Part shown: piece after piece, positions 57,417-64,000 of the stretch
How positions within the stretch are numbered: position 1 is the first letter of the stretch
Layout: the number at the start of each line of letters is the position of its first letter
From: a phage
Strand: one strand, 5' to 3'
Sequence record: OZ413489.1
DNA: 64,000 nucleotides
Notes under the pieces: model-generated
Seen by the model: the letters and a program-made list of their open reading frames with translations, nothing else
The model's database searches: none
Told to the model about the DNA's origin: nothing
Made by a program: the position numbers and the translations under genes

Positions 57417-58115
57417 TTACAAGCTTTCAGTAAGAGCCTTTGCGTAACACGCTTCAGCAGACTCTTTGGTGTCAAACCTGCCTAACGTTTTTCCTCTGAA
57501 AGTTACTTTCCATTTGCCCCTGTCTGCTTCAAATCTGACACCTCTAGATTTATCCCTCCCTAAAGGCTGTCCACGATATTCCCTGACAAACGTGCCACTT
57601 TCAAAAGACTTTTGAGCAGCAATGGCCTCTTCTAAGGTATCGTATTCTCCTAAATCTTTCTTATAGTAATGACCTACCTTACCAAAAGCAGCATACCTTC
57701 CAGATCTAGCATGAAAATATACACCCAAATGTCCAGTATTGGATTTAGGTATCTTGCGTGCCAGGCATCCGTCATCTGCCGCCTTTTTTGCATTTTCTTC
57801 TGGTGTTAACAGTTGTAGGTTTTCTACCCTATCATCCGCAACACCATCGGAATAGAAAAGTGGCTTTATGTGATCAACTTCGTACCCTTCTGGGATTGGT
57901 CCATAGTGCATCTCCCACACCAATCTATGCCTGTAGTAATGCACGCCACAATAGACTATATCCCTGTACCCGTCCATGTTAGTACATCCAGCCTCCTTTC
58001 CCAGTAGTTGAGGTTTGTTTTTTGGCGGGGACTTCCAAAACAACCTTCCAGTTCCTGTATCGTATCTAAAGACACTCCACCAGTTAATCCCGTTACTCAT
58101 CTGTAACAACTCCAC
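57417..58115 (-). CDS. HNH homing endonuclease with AP2-like DNA-binding domain
   Basis: 232 aa; YRHRLVWEMHYGPIPEGYEVDHI; start overlaps the 3' end of the endolysin gene. Confidence 0.6.
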   Translation of the reverse strand: MELLQMSNGINWWSVFRYDTGTGRLFWKSPPKNKPQLLGKEAGCTNMDGYRDIVYCGVHYYRHRLVWEMHYGPIPEGYEVDHIKPLFYSDGVADDRVENLQLLTPEENAKKAADDGCLARKIPKSNTGHLGVYFHARSGRYAAFGKVGHYYKKDLGEYDTLEEAIAAQKSFESGTFVREYRGQPLGRDKSRGVRFEADRGKWKVTFRGKTLGRFDTKESAEACYAKALTESL

Positions 58116-58581
58116 CTGCCTTCTTAAAGATATCCAGCATCTTGTCTATACTTTCTGCTCGCTGATTGTACAGCTTTCCAGCTCCTGGCGGTGGTGGGAA
58201 GCTTGCCCAGCGGCTGCGGCATTTATAAATGGCCTGATGAATACGCCCTTCGTCAATGTCAGCGAGAGCCTTGCACTCACGGATCAGTTGCAACGCAATC
58301 TTGTCCTGACTGGCAGGGCCAAAATCTGGTAATCCTAACTGTTTCATGTAGTGTTTAGCAAACTTCTCCAAAACCTGGTAACGACCAGCAGCGGAGGAGG
58401 TAAGTTTAGCATTTAGCTTAACGTAAACACCTGGATGCTTGCTGTAATCGCTGAACAGCTTGCCGCCGACTATGACATCGTACCCCCGATCCTTGGTAGG
58501 TTGTCTACCATTATCTGTTCCTTCCGAATATGCGATCATATCCAAGAAAGCTTTTCGTTGAACATTTTTATCAAGTTTCAT
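58093..58581 (-). CDS. endolysin, lambda R-type lytic transglycosylase
   Basis: 162 aa; near-colinear with lambda R (QRKAFLDMIAYSEGTDNGRQ...GYDVIVGG...AAGRYQ). Confidence 0.85.
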   Translation of the reverse strand: MKLDKNVQRKAFLDMIAYSEGTDNGRQPTKDRGYDVIVGGKLFSDYSKHPGVYVKLNAKLTSSAAGRYQVLEKFAKHYMKQLGLPDFGPASQDKIALQLIRECKALADIDEGRIHQAIYKCRSRWASFPPPPGAGKLYNQRAESIDKMLDIFKKAGGVVTDE

Positions 58582-58705
58582 TTTTCATACTCTCCAGTTT
58601 GCTCATAACTAACCCGATCAACAACACTGCATAGTGTGGTTATGTAGGTGCCAATTGAAAAACCATCATTCAATTGGCTACCGTTACCTACTAAACCATC
58701 CTACA

Positions 58706-59989
58706 TCATTCCAGAACCTCCCAAGTGTCTGGGTCAACATTTCGGACGCAGATACCGACAGGGAATTGGTAGTTGTTGTCTTCTGTCCTTGATTGATATT
58801 TGAAGGTGACAAACTTGCCGATCATTTCCTGCATCCTGTCATAGCTACGCTCCTCGTGCGTGCCTTTCATCTTCATTTTAACAATAACACCTTCCTTGTC
58901 AACACAGATAAGAACACCTTCATCATTCTTATCTTTCTCAACGTCAATAACTTTCACCTCTGCGTCGTTGAACTTTTTCCATTTCAATGCTTCAGATGTT
59001 CGCTGACCGTACTCGTATTTACCGCAGAAATTACGCATGATAGTACCTTCATATCCTTCGGACATGAATATACCAACAGATTCTTCGCAATGATCAACTG
59101 TGTACGCAAGCTCTGCGTCAACAACCTTGATATGGTCAAGCATCAGAGTGGTAACGGTATCCTCTGCATCCATAAGATCCTTGCAGCGTCCAGACTCTGT
59201 TTCTGGATCCCACCACACCTTGTCGCTAGGAATATCAAAAATGTGATACTCCAGATCGTAGCTACAGTACCCACCGTAACGCAAATCATCACGAACAGGC
59301 TCAACATCGACAGGAATATCTACCTTGTTGAAGTTTTTGTATGTTGATAAGCCTGCCTTAATTGCTGCATGACGGCGTTTTTTATCTGCCTCATAGTCTT
59401 TATCGATCTCGGCCTGAATTTCTTCCTGTGTGCGCCACCGTTTAGCAAGAGACACTATTTTCTGCAGAGGAAGACCATGAATATAGAGCTCTCCGTCGAG
59501 CTGTTTAATCCCGGTGGTTAGGTGGAAAGAGCGAAGTTGCTCCAGAAGCTTTCCTTGAATAGGGTAGGACTTATTACCACGGGAAATAAATTTAGGCTCA
59601 CCATTTTGGAAAACAACAAGCAGACGAAGGCCATCTAACTTACGCAAGATCCAGCAAGGTAATTTAAGTGCCTTGCCACGCTTCAGGTAGTCATGCACCA
59701 GCATGGGTAAAAGATCAACACCCTGCTCGCAATCTTCCATGTTTTCAACATACCCCAGACGGACTTGTTTTTCCCACTTGCTGATAGCCTCAAGCTCGGC
59801 CTGTTGCTCAGCTGTAGTCTCGTTGGCACGACCTACGTTCTTAGGTGTGCATACCGTCTCTTTGTACTGCAGTTTACCATCAAGCTTGCCAAACTCTACG
59901 ATAACCTTATCACCATCCGTGAATACTTTCCACTGTTGGTAGCTGCCATCTTTATTCAGTGCGTACAGTGTTGTTTTGATCTGATGCAT
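58706..59989 (-). CDS. ATP-dependent DNA ligase
   Basis: 427 aa; motif I KLDGLRLL, motif IV EGTIMRN, motif V KWKKF. Confidence 0.8.
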   Translation of the reverse strand: MHQIKTTLYALNKDGSYQQWKVFTDGDKVIVEFGKLDGKLQYKETVCTPKNVGRANETTAEQQAELEAISKWEKQVRLGYVENMEDCEQGVDLLPMLVHDYLKRGKALKLPCWILRKLDGLRLLVVFQNGEPKFISRGNKSYPIQGKLLEQLRSFHLTTGIKQLDGELYIHGLPLQKIVSLAKRWRTQEEIQAEIDKDYEADKKRRHAAIKAGLSTYKNFNKVDIPVDVEPVRDDLRYGGYCSYDLEYHIFDIPSDKVWWDPETESGRCKDLMDAEDTVTTLMLDHIKVVDAELAYTVDHCEESVGIFMSEGYEGTIMRNFCGKYEYGQRTSEALKWKKFNDAEVKVIDVEKDKNDEGVLICVDKEGVIVKMKMKGTHEERSYDRMQEMIGKFVTFKYQSRTEDNNYQFPVGICVRNVDPDTWEVLE

Positions 59990-60258
59990 TACTCGGCCTC
60001 TTCCTTAAAAATTTTAAACATCTCTTCTTTACTCATTACCAACCAGTCTCCCATAAAGTCAACTAGCCAATCTCCCTGGTACAAGACAAGGTTACCAAAA
60101 GGCTCGACAAGCTCACACATGCGACGAAGATCTCTGGTCCGAACAGGTGACGATGTAAACACACCTGTATCAATCCACCGTTGCAGATCAGATACTGATG
60201 AAGAGCTTCCGTCAAACTGATGTGCTTCTACAGGTTTAGCAAGATTAAATAACGGCAT
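59989..60258 (-). CDS. hypothetical protein
   Basis: 89 aa ORF. Confidence 0.45.
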   Translation of the reverse strand: MPLFNLAKPVEAHQFDGSSSSVSDLQRWIDTGVFTSSPVRTRDLRRMCELVEPFGNLVLYQGDWLVDFMGDWLVMSKEEMFKIFKEEAE

Positions 60259-60583
60259 TGCAGTCCTCCTTCTGTAGTAGGTCTTTTATAGGATAAACAA
60301 GTAAGTGTGGGTCGTAATAACGTATAGTCCTATTCTGCCACACTATGAACTTTATTACAACCAAATTTACAATATCTTTATCACCATGTAGCCCAACACA
60401 CACATTTGTCCATATTTTGTGGTTGAAGACCTTGCTATCGATGTAGATTTTAGTGTCAAACTTATCCTCCATTCTACCAATAAGTTTAACCAACTCTTTC
60501 ATCTGATCCCCAAACACAGCATCGTTTTCAAGATCTCTAGAGTGCTTGTACATAACTATCTGCCTCACTTGCATACTTTCCAC
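60245..60583 (-). CDS. hypothetical protein
   Basis: 112 aa ORF. Confidence 0.45.
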   Translation of the reverse strand: MESMQVRQIVMYKHSRDLENDAVFGDQMKELVKLIGRMEDKFDTKIYIDSKVFNHKIWTNVCVGLHGDKDIVNLVVIKFIVWQNRTIRYYDPHLLVYPIKDLLQKEDCNAVI

Positions 60584-60616
60584 AACAAGTAAAGCCGGGT
60601 AATCCCGGCTATGTTG

Positions 60617-61330
60617 TTAAATATACTCTGTTACATCCTTGAAGCTCGAAGGCTTCATGATCTTACCTTTACTGTCAAGGAATATGATAACTTTATTACC
60701 GTTGTAGAATTCTTCCTTAGCAACAAAACCTTCATATCGACCATCAAAGCGTCGTTCAAGATCTTTAATCTCCAACTCGATGAGTTGTTCAGCAGGCATA
60801 TCTGCACTGGCACCGTGTGAATACCGTAGATGGTTGACCCGTGCAAACTTGCTGTCATTCGATTTGAGAACCTTACGCATCATCCCGCACACATCGCCGC
60901 GAAGCTGGAACAGCAAAGCTGTTGACAACTCTGCTAAGCGGTAAGCGGATGCTCTTTGCTTAGAGGTGTTTTTCGCAGCGATCAGTGTATCATAGAACTC
61001 ACCGATCTTGAACTTAAGACCTCGTGGATTATCAAACAGGTTTGACCACTTTTCGTGATTGTCATTAACAAGATAAGCGGCATAACTTGTGACAACGTGA
61101 AGATCGCAGGCCTCTTTTAGCAGGTGATCTCCACCATCCCCTTTCTCCAGCTCTTCCAAAACTTCATTGAACTCTTCCTCAATGAAGCTAAGCTGTAATT
61201 CGAACGGTATGTATGATTTTTTCACTTTAGCTGCCACACGGTTCCAGTTTTCCACCCAGTTGGCAGACCAAAGGTAGTTTTCAGGTTGGGACAGTTTTTC
61301 CAGGTTGTCAATTAATTTGGTATTCAGCAT
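60617..61330 (-). CDS. MazG-like nucleotide pyrophosphohydrolase (putative)
   Basis: 237 aa; acidic helix IEEEFNEVLEELEK...KEACDLHV. Confidence 0.45.
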   Translation of the reverse strand: MLNTKLIDNLEKLSQPENYLWSANWVENWNRVAAKVKKSYIPFELQLSFIEEEFNEVLEELEKGDGGDHLLKEACDLHVVTSYAAYLVNDNHEKWSNLFDNPRGLKFKIGEFYDTLIAAKNTSKQRASAYRLAELSTALLFQLRGDVCGMMRKVLKSNDSKFARVNHLRYSHGASADMPAEQLIELEIKDLERRFDGRYEGFVAKEEFYNGNKVIIFLDSKGKIMKPSSFKDVTEYI

Positions 61331-61343
61331 TAAAGGTCTCCTT

Positions 61344-62105
61344 TTAAAGTTCCATAAAGTTTTCTACGGTCTCAATGAATGTTTTATCAGAGAAGGCATC
61401 AACCGCACCGTTAAACCAAACTGGGATGCCGCGATCCTCATACTGGTAAATATCACTACGTGAAATGCCATTCTCCTCTAGATGCTGTGAGTCGTATTTA
61501 TTAACGATCAGTAGTTTGGTTCCCTTATTGCAGGCAGGGAATAGCTCCCAGTTAAAATTGATAACTGTGTTGGAACACCCTACAAGGATAACCATATCAT
61601 TGCTTGTAAGAGAAGTCAACAGGTCATACATGTCTGTATACTTCGGAGCTACTTCTCCGAAGAACACCACATTAGGTTTAACCCAGGTATACTTTCCTGC
61701 ATCTACCTCAGAGTATCCAATGTCCTTAATGACGTCACTTCCTTCATCGTCCTCATAGACTATTTCTGGCAAATACCCGTGAACATGTAAAATATCTTCA
61801 TGTTTTACACCAGCACGCTCCAGCAAATCATCTACATTGGTGGTAAGGTTGATCACACGACCAGACCAGCGGGAATACCACTCAGCGATCCGAAGATGTG
61901 CAAGGTTAGGCTCAACACCGCCTAGAGCTACACGACGTGCATTGTAAAAGTCATGCACCTTGTAGTAGTTCTTGGCAAAGGTGTGGATGTTGCACACCTC
62001 ATCGATGCTGAAATTCTCCCACATTGCAGTGCTACCAGATCGGAAAGTGGGAATACCAGATTCAGCGCTCAAACCAGCACCGGAGATAATAATCAGTCGT
62101 CGCAT
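61344..62105 (-). CDS. Sir2-family NAD-dependent deacylase / ADP-ribosyltransferase-like protein
   Basis: 253 aa; GAGLSAESGIPTFRS, TTNVDDL, VHGY, VVFFGE, ILVGCS; no obvious zinc ribbon. Confidence 0.7.
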   Translation of the reverse strand: MRRLIIISGAGLSAESGIPTFRSGSTAMWENFSIDEVCNIHTFAKNYYKVHDFYNARRVALGGVEPNLAHLRIAEWYSRWSGRVINLTTNVDDLLERAGVKHEDILHVHGYLPEIVYEDDEGSDVIKDIGYSEVDAGKYTWVKPNVVFFGEVAPKYTDMYDLLTSLTSNDMVILVGCSNTVINFNWELFPACNKGTKLLIVNKYDSQHLEENGISRSDIYQYEDRGIPVWFNGAVDAFSDKTFIETVENFMEL

Positions 62106-62113
62106 AAGTGTCC

Positions 62114-62464
62114 TCAGTAGATGTTTTGTTTAATCTCTATTCCAAACTTTTTAAACGAGTCAGCTGCAAGCATGAATTTACGAGCCGCTGATGGGTTAGA
62201 AGTATGCACGAAAATCTTCACGTTGTCAACTACAGGGGGCTTACCAAATACAAATTTTTCCTCCAACATAGATAGGCAATCGTACCCTTCGAACACCTCT
62301 CCAAGGTCGTTGTCCATGTGCCACTCAGAAACGCGTCTGTAGAGCTTTCCCCTATCGTTAATAAAATCTATAAACTCGGAGGAATTCTTTAGCCAAATAG
62401 CGTCTGGGAGCCCATAATTTGACGGATCTCTCAAGTCATCCAGCCACACAATCAACTTCTTCAT
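62114..62464 (-). CDS. hypothetical protein
   Basis: 116 aa ORF adjacent to the Sir2-like gene. Confidence 0.45.
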   Translation of the reverse strand: MKKLIVWLDDLRDPSNYGLPDAIWLKNSSEFIDFINDRGKLYRRVSEWHMDNDLGEVFEGYDCLSMLEEKFVFGKPPVVDNVKIFVHTSNPSAARKFMLAADSFKKFGIEIKQNIY

Positions 62465-63396
62465 TGCATATAGTTCTCGTTGTGGAAATAGTAATCAAGT
62501 ATCTCACGGCGTTCCTGCTCCAGGAGGCAGTTCCACACATCTTCTGTGTAATTGTTACGAATGAAGTTTACCATGCCGTAAAACTCTTCGTCAACACGTT
62601 TAAAGATATCATCATCCCAAATCCTCCAAGCTTTACCCCTCATTACGGCCTTCCGTGCCAGGTAGTATGGAGACTTGATCTTCAGCTGCAGGTCATAAGG
62701 GTAGTAAGGCTTACGGATCATATACCCTTCGCCCCTTGTTTCTGCGGCTAATTCTTTTGCATAGCTGAACGGGATTTCACGCACAGTGTGAGGACGTTTT
62801 GCACCAAGGTATTTGGCAATCCCATCTAAAGCTGCTTCTGGTAGCATTATTCCAGAATCATTATATCTGCAACCTATCAAATATGCGCCATGGTCTTCTT
62901 GAACAATATGCGGATCTGAAGGGTGACAAATTTCAAACATGAATGTCATGTTTTCATTGCCCATAACCTTCTTGATAAGATCTAAATTACCACATTGCTC
63001 TTGGATGGTTTCCTTTGCAAGGTTACAATATGGAGAATCAAGAGACCCGGTTGTTGAGAACAATAGGTCACCTTTATGAGATGATACCACACCAAGGAAT
63101 CCGTTCTTTTTCTCTACCGCAGTCACAAGCTTATTGTCAGGCAGGTTGGTGGAGTTTTCTCCCAAGTTAAACACTTTTGTGAAGGGCCATGCCACAACAT
63201 TTCCTTCATTACCTACAACAATGCCTCGACACTCCAGTAAACGAGGGGACAAATGCCATAAATTGTTGTAAAATACTTTTCTAGCATATTTATAGATCTT
63301 TAACCCAAGATCCGGGTAATATCTACTGGTTACAAGACCTTTGTCAACTAGGTCGTCTGCATTAAAATACTTCATCATACGTTCCTCATTTGTCAT
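62461..63396 (-). CDS. RNA ligase-like nucleotidyltransferase (putative)
   Basis: 311 aa; candidate motif I EKKNGF plus EGYMIRKP and LKIKSP; from memory only. Confidence 0.45.
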   Translation of the reverse strand: MTNEERMMKYFNADDLVDKGLVTSRYYPDLGLKIYKYARKVFYNNLWHLSPRLLECRGIVVGNEGNVVAWPFTKVFNLGENSTNLPDNKLVTAVEKKNGFLGVVSSHKGDLLFSTTGSLDSPYCNLAKETIQEQCGNLDLIKKVMGNENMTFMFEICHPSDPHIVQEDHGAYLIGCRYNDSGIMLPEAALDGIAKYLGAKRPHTVREIPFSYAKELAAETRGEGYMIRKPYYPYDLQLKIKSPYYLARKAVMRGKAWRIWDDDIFKRVDEEFYGMVNFIRNNYTEDVWNCLLEQERREILDYYFHNENYMQ

Positions 63397-63439
63397 TTTG
63401 TCAGTCTATCCTGCCACACAAATAACCTAGTGTCAACAC

Positions 63440-63468
63440 TTGAAATTAACAAAACAGTTAGGTATACT
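63440..63468 (+). promoter_or_regulatory. sigma70-type promoter (TTGAAA-17-TATACT) in divergent region
   Basis: Between the leftward ligase-like gene and the rightward kinase gene. Confidence 0.5.
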
Positions 63469-63496
63469 ATCGTTGAAATTAAAACGGAGTATTACT

Positions 63497-63907
63497 ATGT
63501 CTAAAATGCTATATATCGTGCGTGGTCTACCAGGGTCTGGCAAATCAACACTGGCAAATGCGCTATCTTTAGAAGGTCTGTATCCACATTTTGAGAACGA
63601 CATGTTCTGGTACGACGATGATGGAAATTACAACTGGGATGCAAGTAAAGTAACACTTGCAGCAAAATGGTGCAAAGATAACGTAGAAGATATGATGCGT
63701 ATGGGATACGACCGTATCGTGGTAAGTAATACGTTTACAAAAGAAAAATATGTGCAAGAATATATTGACATGGCGATCAGTCATGGGTATAGTTATACCG
63801 TGATCGTGGTTGAAAACCGCCATGGTAATAAAAGCATTCATGATGTTCCAGACAGGGTTGTGGATCGTATGGAACGCCAGCTTAAAAACTGCATTAAACT
63901 TAAATGA
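63497..63907 (+). CDS. P-loop kinase, polynucleotide-kinase-like
   Basis: Track ORF 63440 (TTG) trimmed to ATG after GGAG RBS; Walker A GLPGSGKST. Confidence 0.55.
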   Translation: MSKMLYIVRGLPGSGKSTLANALSLEGLYPHFENDMFWYDDDGNYNWDASKVTLAAKWCKDNVEDMMRMGYDRIVVSNTFTKEKYVQEYIDMAISHGYSYTVIVVENRHGNKSIHDVPDRVVDRMERQLKNCIKLK

Positions 63908-63915
63908 GGAATGTA

Positions 63916-64000
63916 TGAAATACTTTGTAACAAGCGACACACACTTTCTCCACCAGCGGGTCATGGAGTTCGATTCATGTCAAAAACACAGATCTCAGTA
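63916..64000 (+). CDS. calcineurin-like metallophosphoesterase (partial, runs off window)
   Basis: N-terminus MKYFVTSDTHFLHQ resembles phosphoesterase motif I. Confidence 0.4.

Noticed and set aside
58582-58705. Holin gene immediately upstream of the endolysin
   Set aside because: The 125 bp gap has only very short ORFs with immediate stops; no membrane protein is encoded there.
1-64000. Prophage or integrative element features (integrase, att sites, transposase)
   Set aside because: No integrase, recombinase or transposase-like ORF recognised; gene content matches a lytic-phage early region.

Overview
The window looks like the early / DNA-metabolism region of a large virulent phage of an enterobacterial-type host; no integrase, virion or packaging genes are present, so the phage family is not assigned. 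It has three transcription blocks: a rightward block (1-22,850) with a T7-type primase-helicase and family A DNA polymerase followed by about 45 small genes, many behind near-consensus sigma70 promoters (TTGACA-N17-TATAAT); a leftward block (25,460-63,400) carrying aerobic (nrdAB) and anaerobic (nrdDG) ribonucleotide reductases, glutaredoxin, ThyX-like thymidylate synthase, dNMP kinase, PhoH, ClpP-like protease, two N6-adenine methyltransferases, DNA ligase, a lambda R-type endolysin, nucleases, a Sir2-like protein, and about 35 small mostly acidic proteins in paralogous families; and a short rightward RNA-repair-like start at the right edge. The two large blocks converge on a 2.6 kb ORF-free zone (22,900-25,460) packed with iterons, an 82 bp perfect tandem duplication and other repeats. 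The most interesting candidates are that zone, a second repeat-rich intergenic region at 14,045-15,060 (iterons plus two Fur-box-like units with a GC-rich tail), the small acidic protein array with an embedded ribosome hibernation factor homologue, and the Sir2 / MazG / RNA-repair cluster. All calls rest on motif recognition by eye and the supplied ORF track; no database search was run, and hand-derived coordinates of promoters, terminators and repeats may be off by 1-2 bp.
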